This document shows positions 30,103-44,825 of a DNA stretch of 64,000 bases, piece by piece. This DNA comes from the human T2T-CHM13v2.0 reference genome, Homo sapiens. Numbering within the stretch: position 1 is the first letter of the stretch; every line of letters starts with the position of its first letter. The stretch lies in the NCBI RefSeq assembly GCF_009914755.1, contig NC_060935.1, one strand, 5' to 3'. The position numbers and the translations under genes were made by a program. A model generated the notes under the pieces. It made no database searches and was not told the DNA's origin. It saw nothing but the letters and a program-made list of their open reading frames with translations.

Positions 30103-30213
30103 ATAATAGAATTATGTACAAAATGCCATGGAAATTTACAGAAAGGAGCATCTTAGCTTTAGAAAATATTTGTTATACTCTGAATTGGAAACCTAGTACA
30201 GACACCTTGTATT
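30103..30213 (+). repeat. Right arm of the 111-bp inverted repeat (in L2-like context)
   Basis: Matches the reverse complement of 28261-28371; preceded by L2-like ctaggcactaggg...cctgctctcaagaggctta. Confidence 0.95.
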
Positions 30214-30227
30214 ATGAGTAGTTATCG

Positions 30228-30366
30228 CTGTGGCTCACATCTGTAATCTCAGCACTTCGGGAGGCCGAGGCAGACAGATCATGAGGTCAGGAGTTCCAGA
30301 CCAGCCTGGCCAACATGGTGAAACCCTGTCGCTACTAAAAATACAAAAATTAGCTGGGCATGGTGG
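30228..30366 (+). mobile_element. Alu left-arm fragment, no tail
   Basis: gtggctcac...tagctgggcatggtgg, then an abrupt end. Confidence 0.9.
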
Positions 30367-30786
30367 AACTCCTGACCTCCTTGTGCAATGCTTTTACAAG
30401 TGGTTAATGTTTCTGAAGAGGGTAGGTTAGAGGGAGTGTTAAGAGGATGGAAACCTCCTTGTATTGACCTCTCCAAGACGGTGCGTTCATGTCAAAAACT
30501 AATCAAGTGCAGCTGCAAGATTAATTGTGTGAGGAAGCTGTAAACATAGAAAACTATGGCCTCTACCCAGAGCTCTGTTTTATAGACAAGCATTCACTTT
30601 AGAACTACTGTCAATGAACCTGACTGAGCAATAATTTGCTCACTTGAGCCTACAGTGGTAGTATTTAAAAATTACTGAGCTTGTAGGGGATGAGGTAGAT
30701 ACATATAGATTTCTAGTTGAGGCATTTGAGGAAACTAGAGTAGGTCTGAGTAAAGGAGAAGATGGAATAAAATAACTTGGGTTTGT

Positions 30787-31122
<336 letters not shown>

Positions 31123-31567
31123 TTATTAACCTCTGAATCTTTTAGCACTGTAAACTAAATGGAATTTCAATTTAATCTTCAATATGGTTTGCTTCTTTCT
31201 GTAAGTTTCATTAATAATTGTTAAAAAGCTCTCATTGAAATTATAATTATTAGTAATTTTCACTCAATAATTATAGTCTTAGATAAGTAAAATAATAATT
31301 TAAAATTATGGGATGATAGTTAACTTTTAATTTTAATAGGAAATAGCTTACTCACCTAAATAGTTGTAATTAACATGAACCTTCACAGGTTTTAGACTCT
31401 TCTAAATACACCCAAAAATATAATAAGAAAATAACCTAACTGTATAATTGAATTATCTTGTTATGATTTTGGTAATCTTGGAATTCAAGATGGTCAAAGT
31501 TATAAAATGATTTCTCTGTAAAGTATATAGGTAATTTTGTGATTTCCTTTAATTTTTCTTCTTCATT

Positions 31568-32145
31568 ACAGACCTTATTTTTAGAGAAGTTTTAGGTACA
31601 CAGCAAAATTAGGTGGAAAATAGAGAAACTTCCCATGTAGAGTTCCAAATACAGAAAGGGTACTGTTCTCCCCAGTGTGCACAGACTCCTCCATGATCAA
31701 CATCCACTCCAGAATGATATACTTTGGTACAATCAAAGACCTTACATTGACACATCATTATCATTCAATGTTCATAGTTTACATTAGGATTCACTCTTGG
31801 TATTGTATCTTCTGTGAGCTTCAACAAATGTATAATGACATGTATCTACCATTATAGCATCATACAGAATAGTTTCACTGCTGCAAAAATCCCATGTCCT
31901 GTATCCATTGAGCCTTCCCTCTGCCCAAACCCCTGAAAACCATTGATCTTTTCACTGTCTTCATATTTTTGCCTTTTCCAAAGTAAGTTATAGATGTAAA
32001 TGTATGGTATGTAGCCTTTTCAGGGTGGCTTCTTTCACTTTAATATGTATTTAAGACATTTAAATATTTAATAATAGGCATTCTTCCATGTCTTATCTTA
32101 GTTGGATTGCTCATTTCTTTTTGGTGCTGAATATTAATCCATGGT
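31568..32145 (-). mobile_element. L1MC/MD 3' end
   Basis: acattgacacatcattatca...catagtttacattaggattcactcttgg. Confidence 0.8.
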
Positions 32146-32169
32146 ATTCTTTTAACTTTTAGGAAGTGA

Positions 32170-32350
32170 AGAAAGCTTATATATGTTAGCACTCTTTTTT
32201 ATTTTTTAATCTCAATTTCCATTTCTGCTAAGTACAGTTATTCCTGTTTGTACGTGAGGAAGATGAGGTACAGAGAAGTTATATAACTTTCCCAAGATCA
32301 TATTGGTAGGAATTATAAATTCAGGATTTGAAACTGGAAGATCTTGCTCC
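32170..32350 (-). mobile_element. MIR
   Basis: gaggaagatgaggtacagagaagttatataactttcccaagatcata core. Confidence 0.65.
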
Positions 32351-33088
32351 TGATACATCATCCTGTCTTGGAGAAGGAATATGTAAAACATACATAAAAT
32401 CTTATGTATTGTAATTTTAAGTACAACTTAATTTTCATTAGAAATACTGTCTTTTTACATCCTTCATGTTCCATTTTTTCTGTATGGAAAATAAATAAGT
32501 GGGTTTTGGAAAATTCAAATATAATGAGTTTGTATAGTATATATTCCTGTTTCACTAAAGTTTTAACTAAGGTCTCGTAGATGCAGTTTAAATTTCACTA
32601 ACTTTAAGTTTTCATTCAATACAAAGTAACCTTGGCTTTCATCCTTCAGTAATCTTGTGATTATACAGCTCTCTTGAGGCAGTCAGTGAATAAAGTATGG
32701 TAATTTTTAAGGCCATTTTTAAGACGCCTGCTGGTTGGAGGAGTTAATTTTATCATATGATGGCAGTTAATGTTAGCTGTACATTATAAAAGCCCCTGCT
32801 TTGTGAAATGTGAGGAGTGAATTTGGTGTTTAACATGCCTTTTTTCTACTTCATATTCTTAGAAAACTGACATGAAAAATTACATCTATAATAAGTAGAA
32901 TGAAAAATCTCACTTAGTTTGCTAACATATATTAATACTTACTCTGCACTAAGCCATCCAGGAACTTTGTTTTAATGTCCAGTAAAGATGTATTTCATAG
33001 ATATCATTTTATAATGAAATCTGTCTTATGATAAAGATTTAAACACACACACATACACATATATGCATTCACTTTTGGTATTTATTTT

Positions 33089-33168
33089 TTATGTTATGTT
33101 ATGTTATGTTATGTTATGTTATGTTATGTTATGTTATGTTATGTTATGTTTTACGTTATGTTATGTTA
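33089..33168. repeat. (TTATG)n pentanucleotide repeat, Alu tail-derived
   Basis: 12 perfect ATGTT units at 33091-33150 plus imperfect units. Confidence 0.95.
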
Positions 33169-33169
33169 T

Positions 33170-33691
<522 letters not shown>

Positions 33692-33842
33692 TAACCTGTG
33701 CAACTGTTGAGAGACAAATGGCAAATCATATGTGTGTATGTAAAATATATTTTTATATTATGTAGGTGTGTATGTTTAACACTGCATGTAAATAACGATT
33801 GACATTTGTTGTCAAGCACTGTGTCTCCCAAGTGAATTTTTT

Positions 33843-35060
<1,218 letters not shown>

Positions 35061-35531
35061 CAAGTGAAATATTTTTGCCTTTATCATTTCTTTTCTTTTC
35101 TCCACTACTCAGTTTTTACTAGGTTCTTGTCAATCGTGCACAATAATTTTTAGAATTATCCTTTTTTTTTCAACTTGACTGCCCATACACCATTCTGTAC
35201 CCTGTTCCTCTTTTGGCTCGTTTACTTTCAGTAATCTAGGAAGTCTTTTCTGTTGCATTTTCTCTGTCACTCATTGATTTTGTTTGTTTTTTTTATCTAA
35301 AATGGTTCTCTCTGAAAGTCCCCTATGAATCTATCATGGATTTATGTAGCCACTGTTTGTTGAGGGAATGAATGAAATGAATATTCGTACAATTTTTTTT
35401 TACCAAACTCAAGCTGCTTTGCCTAGTTTGCAAGGCCATCTGTAATTTGATTTTTTTCTTATCTATTCTGTTGTTCTTCCTACTTCTTCCCTAGAGAGTA
35501 CCTTTTGTCCCATTCAAGCAGTTATGCAATA

Positions 35532-35991
35532 CAGTTGACCTTTGAACAACACAAGGATTAGGAGTGTTGACCCCTTGCACAGTTAAAAATTTGAGAATAA
35601 TTTTTGACTCCTCAATAATTTAACTACTAATAGCCTACTGTGGACCAGAAGCCTTACTGTAGCATAAACAGTCAATTAATGCATTTTGTGTCATATGTAT
35701 TATATACTGTATTCTTATAATAAAGTAAGCTAGAGAAAAGAAAATGTTATTAAGAAACTCATAAGGAAGAGGAAATATGTTTACTGTTCTTTAAGTGGAA
35801 GTGGATCATCATAAGTGGAAGTGGATCATCATAAAGATCTTTTTTCTCATCATCTTTACACTGAGGAGGAGGCTGAGGAGGAGGAAGAGGAGGAGGTTGG
35901 TCCTGCTTTCTCAAGGGTGGCAGAGGTGGAAGAAAATCAACATACAAATGGATCTGCACAGTTCATACTCATGTTGTTCAAGGGTCAACTT
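35532..35991 (+). mobile_element. Tigger2a-like DNA transposon
   Basis: TIRs cagttgacctttgaacaaca / tgttgttcaagggtcaact; TA TSD; internal 20-bp tandem duplication at 35792-35831. Confidence 0.9.
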
Positions 35992-38659
35992 ATATTACTT
36001 GTTTTATGACTATTCTTTTCTTTAATTATTTCTTCTATCAAAAATTCCCTTTATATTCTTTTTCTAAATTCTACATTCTGCTTTACCTTCTCCATGAAAC
36101 CCTCTCAGATAATACTTAATGTTCCCATTTTGTAAACTATTGCACTTTTAAAATTAATGCTTTATTGTTTAATACTAATTATTCTCTAATTGAAATCATT
36201 TTTGCCATTTTACCTCTGGCAAAAGTCTGACTGTCATCTATGTTCTTTATCTGCTGCTGAAAGAAGTGTTTAGCTTCAGAAGAAGAAACGAGAAGTGACA
36301 TAGATGGAAAATAATGGAGGTCTGAAGATGGCTCTAAATAAGACATGGGAGCATGATTGAAACATACGGTTGTTTTATGGAATATTCTGAGATTAGATTA
36401 GATAGGGATATGATTATTTGATAGAGTAGTAGCTGTGGATTTTTAGTAGGCAATAAGGAGCTACTGTAGATACTTGAGTAAGCATGATGTGGTGAAAACA
36501 TTAGAAAGACATATCTCTCATTAGTTTATAATAGATTGGAAGAATTGAATACTAAGAAACCCGCTAGAAGATGCTTGTAGTAATCCAGATATTGATGGAT
36601 AATGTATATATTCTAGAGTCAAAACTCATAGTTGAGCAGGATCAGAGGATGGAATAGGGTAGAAGTTTTTCCATTTTTGTAGAGAGACATAATTATACCA
36701 GTTTATGTGAAACTTTGATACTCTTTGAAAGTTTGATGCAGCAAGCTGTGTTACAGCCAGCTTTTAAAAATTATTAATTAGTCATTTACATTTGTGATGT
36801 TAATGTTGTAGGTGCTAGAGGCATATGAATAAGACAGTGTCTCGTAATATTTTTTCAAACCTAAGACTGGGCTGAATATAATATTTTAAGTTAAGTTTCG
36901 TTCTTGATCTGTATCCTCTTGTTTTGAATCTGTGCCACATTCTCTGCCTCTCACTGTTTCCCAACATGCTACTGGTCAGAGGATAAGGAATTGGGGACTT
37001 GGGAGAAATAGTGAGTACCTGAGTGTCTGTTAGTTCTCCCTGAGTTCACAGAGAACATCTTTTTGGCAGATATCCTTGATAGAATGAGTATGAGGACTCA
37101 CTTTCTTACTAATTATAATAAATCTTTGTTTTTCTTATATCTGTAGGTCTCATCTGGTCTATCTGCGCTAGTGGTTGTGAACTACTGCTCTAGTCATTTT
37201 CAAATGTGATTCATTTGCAATATGTTTATTGAAACCCAACTTTGTAATAACATTTTATGAAGTTAAGAAATGATATGCATTAGTTTGAAAGGACCATACT
37301 CTGTTTTAGACTGTTGGCAAAACTTCAGAAACAGCATCTGAGACTAACTAATATGCAGTTTGTGAAATGCTGTGATTAATGTTCAATAATAGTAGTAATA
37401 CATGTATATATGTAGTTGATAGAAATTGAAGATTGCTGTATTGTTATATTTCATATATAACATGTTATAATTAAAGATTGTTATATTTCATCTCAAATTA
37501 TTCCAGGACTACAGGAAGGCAAATGATGGTACATGTAACTCATTCAGAAATTTTTGAATGTTGTTTTTTTCCTCCTATTACATGGTACAAATTACTTCCA
37601 TAATTGTTCAGAGTTGAACATATATTGAAAAAAACAGTATAAAAATGAATCTCACAGTGAAGGCAAATTTTTATGAAGTATCCATGATATAACCTGTGGC
37701 AGTGTTGCTAAGAGGTTAATCAGAAACATCTGTAAACAACACAAACACTTAATGTTAGTTTAAGAATATTTATTATATACACATCATTGAGTTACCTAAA
37801 ATAAAAAGTTTAGTCTACACAAGTTTAATATTTAAACGTATTTTGACAGGATACTAATAGCTTTTAAACTATTATAGTAGGAACTATTAATGTGGGCATT
37901 TTCAGTTTTACTTCATAGTCTTGTGCATACATTTGATAATTGCATTAGATGGTTATTTAAACTTGAAATTATCTCTGTGCCTAGAGGCTTTATTTTTAAC
38001 ATGTATTTTAAGTTTAGTATGTATGTTAGAACCTGTATTGGTCAGAATATCCTGCTCAAGAGTAAGATTAAAAAAAATTATCCCCAGCCTTCTATGATGC
38101 CTAAAATCATTAAGACGTTCATTTTATCTACTTGTAACATGATTAGGCAGGATAGCTAAGCTGCCAAAGTGGTAGCTAGCTACTACTATAATCAGATATT
38201 TTTCTGATTAAACTCATTGATGATTAGTACAGAACAGAATGCTAGGAGAATAGGACAAAAGATGGGAGAAGAGAGGTAGGAAACATTTTGGAACATGCAA
38301 CTCAGATATATTTTACATTGGAGCTTTGGGCTATTTGCTTTAGGACTTTGGGTTCTTGGGAAGAATTCTCAAAGTGGCAACAAGGATAAACTTTCCTTAC
38401 AAAGTTTTCCTAGGAGTGGTAAAATTAATAATTCTGCTTTTTTATTGACTTTGGAAGTTCCGCTGTGACTCTCTTACCTTATGGCTCTTTTTCTGTTATT
38501 CCCTGTGATCTTTGCTGTATTTGAAATCATTTTAGTAGAGTTTTCAGATGTCCCTTAGATCTCCTTTTGGGATTCAAGGGCTGCGTATTTCCAGTTTAAC
38601 AATTTGTCATTAAGCAACATTGTTTACTTAATTGAAAGCATAAAATTTCCCAGATATGA

Positions 38660-38797
38660 TAATAATCATCACCATTTATTGAACCTCATCAGTGTGCCAA
38701 GTAATGTGCTAAATGCATGATATTCATTTACTATTTCATTAAGTTCTCAAAACAGCCGTACAAGGTATGCATTCTTAGTCCCATTTAATAAATTTAA
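38660..38797 (-). mobile_element. MIR, left part (resumes at 42254-42320)
   Basis: catttattgaacctcatcagtgtgccaag...cccattt | aaactgaggc. Confidence 0.7.
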
Positions 38798-38863
38798 CAC
38801 TGTCATTTTCTATTGCTATAATAGAATACTGCAGACTGTGTGATTTATAAAGAGAAGTTTATA

Positions 38864-41800
38864 CTCCCCTACTGGAGCACCTCATACCTGTGGTGTCCCC
38901 ACTGCCTCTGCTGGAGCACTTATGCCCATGGCTCCCCTGCCATCCCCATGGTGTGCTCTTGCCAGTAGTCTGGGAGCACGTTGACTCCTCCAGCCCAGCT
39001 GGGGCTCGACCTTAAAGGACCAGAGGACAAAACTGTGAACCTGGTCTCAGGCTTTTAGGTTTAGAGTATGCAGCCCAGGAGTGTGGAGCTCAGCCTTGCC
39101 CCCTAAAAACATCAATAAACAAAGCCATTCAACTATACCCAACTTGTGCCACAGTCAAAGCCCTCAAGGGTAATAAAGACCTTAGAATAAAAAAGCCCCA
39201 TCCAAAGGATGGCAGCTTCAAAGGGTAAAGGAACATCAGTGCTCACAGATGAGAAAGAACCAGCCAAGAATTCTGGAAGCTCTAAAAGCAGAGTGTCTTT
39301 TTACCTCCAAACGATCGCAATAGCTCCTTAGCAATGGATCCAGATTGAAATGGCTGAAATGTCAGACATAGAATTCAGAATCTGTGTGGCAAGGAAGCTC
39401 ATCAGGTTACAAGAGTTGATTGAGACCCACTCCAAGGAAAACAGTGAAATGATCCAAGATTTGAAGACTACATAACCATTTTAAGAATAAAACAAACTGA
39501 ACTTCTAGAAATGAAAAATTCACTACAGGAATTTCAAAATACAATTGGAAGCACTGATGGTAGAATAGACCAAGCTGAGGAAAGAATTGAAGAGCTTGAA
39601 GACCACTCCTTTAAGCACGCATGCAGATAAAAATAAAGAAAAGAAATTTTAAAAAACAACACCTCTAAGAAATATGGGATTAGGTAAAGAGACCAAACCT
39701 ACAACTCATTGGCATTCCAAAAAGAGAAGTAGAGAGAGAGAGCAAGCAACTTGGAAAACATATTTCAGGATATATTTCATGAAAAATTTCCCAATCTCAC
39801 TAGAGAGGTTGACATGCAAATTCAAGAAATTCAGAGAACCCCTGTGAGATACTATGTAAGACAACCATCTCCAAGACATATAGTCATCAGATTCTCCAAG
39901 GTAAACACAAAAGAAAAAATCTTAAAGGCTGCTAGAGACAAGGGGCAGGTCACTTACAATGGGAACCCCATCAGGCTAACAGTGGACCTTTCAGGAGGAA
40001 CCTTACAAGCTAAATGAGATAGGGGGCTTATTTTCAATATCCTTAAATAAATAAATTCCAACAATAATTTCATATCCCTCCAATCTAAGCTTCATAAAGC
40101 AAAGGAGGAATGAAATCCTTTTCAGACAAGCAAACGCTAAAGGACTTTGTTACGACTAGATCTGCACGATCTCCTAGAGGGAGTACTAAACATGGAAAAG
40201 AAAGAAAGATACCAAAACATGTATAAGGACATAACCCCATTGGCACTATAAAGCAACTATATAATCAAGTCTACATAACAACCAGCTAACAGCACAATGA
40301 CAGGATCAAATCCTCACATATCAATATTGACCCTTAATGTCAATGGGCTGAATGCCCCACTAAAAGGCATACAGGGGCAAGTTGGATAAAGAAGCCAAGA
40401 CCCACCTGTCTACTTTCTTCAAGAGACCCATATCACAAGTAATGACAGCCATAGGCACAAAATAAAGAGATGGAGAAAGGCCTATTAGCCAAATGGAAAA
40501 CAAGAGCTGGGGTAGCTATTCTTATATCAGAAAAAAACAGACTTTAAACTAGTAATGATCAGAAAGGACAAAGAAGGGCATTGCATAATGATAAAGAGCT
40601 CAATCTAACAAGAAAACCTAACTATCTTAAATATATATGCACTCAACATTGGAGTACCCAGATTCATAAAACAGGTTCTTATAGATCTACAAAGAGATTT
40701 ATATAACCATATATTAATAGTGGGAGACTTCAACACCCTACTAGACAGATCATTGAGGCAGAAAACTAACAAAGATATTCTGGACTTTAACTCAACACGA
40801 CCAGTTGTACCCCATAGAGATCTACAGAACATCCAAGAACAACATCCAAGAACAACACATGTTACATACTCTAAAATGACCACATGCTTGGCCATAAAGC
40901 AAGTCTTTTTGAGCAAATTCAAAAAAATTGAAACACCAACCACATTATTGGACCACAGTGCAATAAAAGTAGAAATCATTACCAAGAAGATCTGTTAAAA
41001 CCATACAATTACATGGAAGTTAAACAGCCTGCTCTTGAATGACTTTTGGCTAAAGAACAAAAATTAAGGCAGAAATAAAAAAAATTACCTGAAACTAATG
41101 AAAACAGAGACACAATATACCAGAATCTTTGGACACAGCTAAAGCAGCGTTAAGAGGAAAGTTTACAGTGCTAAACACTTACAACAAGAAAGTAGAAAGA
41201 TCTCTAACAACATAATGTTGCACCTAGAGGAACTAGGAAAACAAGAGCACACCAACCCCAAAGCTAGCAGAAGAAAATAACCTAAATTAGAGCTGAACTG
41301 AATGAAATTGAGTTGTGAAAATCCATACAAAAGATCAATGGAACCAAAAGTTCGTTCTTTGAAAGATTAAACAGGATTGTTGTGGCACTAGCTAGATTAA
41401 TAAAGAAACAAAAAGAAGATCCAAATAAACACAATCCGAAGTGATGAAGGTGATATTACCACTGACTCCACAGAAATAGAAAAAATATTCTCAGACTATT
41501 ACAGATACCTCTAGGCACACAAACTAGGAAACCTAGATGAAATGAATAAATTCTTGGAAACACAACGCCTCCCAAGATTGAACCAAGAAGAAATTAAAAT
41601 CCTGAACATACTGATGATGAGTTCCCAAAATTGAATCAGTAATAAAAAGCTTACTGACCAACAAAAGCCCTGGACCAGATTGACTCACAGGTAAATTCTA
41701 TTAGACATACAAAGAAATGCTACTACTAATGCTACTGAAATTATTCAAGAAAATCAAGGAGGGGGGACTCCTACCTAACTCACTCTGTGAAGCCAGCATC

Positions 41801-42249
41801 ATTCTGAGAGAGCAACAAAAAAGGAAAACTTAAGGCCAATATCCCTGATGAATATAGATGCAAAAATCCTCAAGAAAATACTAGTAAAACGAATCCAGCA
41901 GCACATCAAAGAATTAACTCACCATGATTAAATAGGCTGCTGCCTGGGATGCAAGGCTGATTTAACATGCAAATCAGTAATGCAATTCACCATATGAATG
42001 GGATTAAGAATGAAAACAATGTGATCATTTTTAATAGATGCAGAAAAGGCCTTTGATAAAATACAATATCACTTCATGCTAAAAACCTCAACAAATTAGG
42101 CATTGAAATAATATACCTTAAAGTGATAAGAGCTATATTATGACAAACCCATAGCCAATGTCATACTGAAATGGCAACAGCTGAAGCATTCCCCTTGAGA
42201 ACTGGAGCAAGATAGGGATACCTACTCTTACCGCTCCTATTCAATGTAC
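38864..42249 (+). mobile_element. L1PA13-16-like LINE-1: partial 5'UTR, ORF1 (ATG 39249), ORF2 (ATG 40297) truncated within RT; degenerate
   Basis: ORF1-like peptide PRHIVIRFSKVNTKEKILKAAR; EN motif GDFNT; RT gcagaaaaggcctttgataaa; many stops and frameshifts. Confidence 0.93.
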
Positions 42250-42872
42250 TTCGATTTTATAAATTTAAAACTGAGGCCTCTGAGAGCAGGTCATACACAG
42301 TAAGGGCTTGAACTTCAAAGACTTAGTACTTTATAGAATAACACACTACATCTTAGAATATGAAATTTTAATGAAGTTGGATTTTGTTATTTCATATGAA
42401 TATCCTCATTAAAACCCTTATACAACTTCATACTTTTTATGCATCCTTAGTTCATAGAGTATTTTAATAGCAGAGCTGTCATTGTGAACTTGTATATCCT
42501 TGGTCTTATATTGCATCCTATTGTCATGGACTCAGGGAGATCCACAGGATAAAAAGTATATTGAAGAGAATCAGGGAAAGAACATAGAAGGTAAGGAGAT
42601 ACTGTAGAATTGAGGAGGCCACAGGAACCATTGCAGAATTTGGTGACTTTGGCCCATTCACCCTCTTGAATTCGTGTACATTGTCTTTCTATGTCTTTTA
42701 AAGGTTATTTAGCTGATTGGGAGGAAGAAAGTAGAAAGAGAACAGCAAAACAGATCTGTTTTTCGACTGCTCTTTTCTACTGAGCCCTTATTTATAAAAA
42801 TTGTCAATAAAATATCATTGAAATTCTCTTGGGACAGAATAGCAGGATAGTTTACTGTTTAAGAAAAGGCTC

Positions 42873-43095
<223 letters not shown>

Positions 43096-43646
43096 TCATT
43101 GGCCTTGTAGCTTCAAGATCTTGGGCATTTTTATCAACTTTTTTCATATGTAAAACAAGTGTAATAATAACTACTCATATGATTATTTAGAGGAGATATT
43201 GTACATCTGTCTATCCATTTGTAAATGGTAAGACTTGATACATAGCAAATGCCCAATAGCTGGTAATGAATGTTACCAGGTAGTACAATTAATCTGCATA
43301 AAAGTTTTGTTTTTGAATTAAAACATGTAGATCTCTTTTAGTTTTCTACCCCAAGTAGCTGTTACGCATTTTTTTTTTCTAGTGAATGGTAGTAACTGTG
43401 AATACCTCTCGCCCCAATTGTGAGAGTCACAAATGGATTAAACAGAAACATGTAGAATAGTTACTCTAAATGATCAGAATTGTTCCCAGGTCAAAATAAA
43501 ACTTGGATGAAATACAGTTGAATATATTAATAATTTTAAAGGAGAACTTTGTAAATTACAGAAGGTATTGGTCATTCAAGAAAGGGAGAACAAAGGGTTG
43601 CAGATGAAAGGTTAGCAGTGCCTGAGAAGAGAGATACCAAGGCTCA

Positions 43647-44029
<383 letters not shown>

Positions 44030-44665
44030 TTATAGAAATTACTATTTATTTACAAATTAGTAATTACTAATAGAAATGATTGGTTTTCTTAGTTTGACAT
44101 CACTACATAATAGTCATACTTTAACTCATCTTTCTCTGGTCTCATGTTCACAAGTAAATCTTGTGATTATAATCTGGGTTCTTATGGAGCTTACATTCCA
44201 AAGAGAGTATTCATTGATAAGATTCTGAGAATGTACAGCCCTTTGGCAGTTAAATTTTATAGCGAAAATTTATGAATTACATTTCTGCTGGATCTGTTTC
44301 TCATTGCTTAGTGTAATTAGGTGTTTATAAAATGGTCTCTGTGTGTGTTAAGAAATCAGGTTTCTTTGCCTGCTAAGAGCCAAACTGATGCTTCTCTACC
44401 AGTGTCCTGTGGAAGATGTACCATGAAATTTTAATAAATGTAACTTCTATTACTACTGCAACTATACGATTTTGTTTTGGCAGTGTATAACAGAATATCA
44501 AGCTGAATACGTCATAAAAAATGACCGAGGGTACCTAGAGTGTAATGAGAAGTCAGCATCAAATAAAGATTTCTGGACCATTTGCTTCTAGAGTCAGTGA
44601 GGGAGCACAGTTAGAGCAGCATCTACTTACACTCAGAGATCATCTGCAGAAGATTAATTTTCAAG

Positions 44666-44825
44666 CTTCCATATTAATAGGTAGTTTAAGTAGTTCTTCC
44701 GTATTAGTAGGTGGTTTCTGTTTTGTTCTTCCATATTAGTAGGTAGTTTCTGTTTTGTTCTTCCATATTAGTAGGTAGTTTCTGTTTTGTTCTTCCAAAT
44801 TAGTAGGTAGTTTCTGTTTTGTTCT
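44666..44825. repeat. 32-bp minisatellite: 4 copies plus 1 diverged 30-bp copy
   Basis: Unit cttccatattagtaggtagtttctgttttgtt at 44696, 44728, 44760, 44792. Confidence 0.95.

Noticed and set aside
35815-36009. Poly-Glu ORF
   Set aside because: GAG-rich segment intrinsic to the Tigger2a-like element.
39751-40017. 88-aa ORF with clear protein-like sequence
   Set aside because: Surviving piece of L1 ORF1 in a frameshifted element.
44666-44825. CRISPR-like 32-bp repeats
   Set aside because: Head-to-tail with no spacers, in eukaryotic context.
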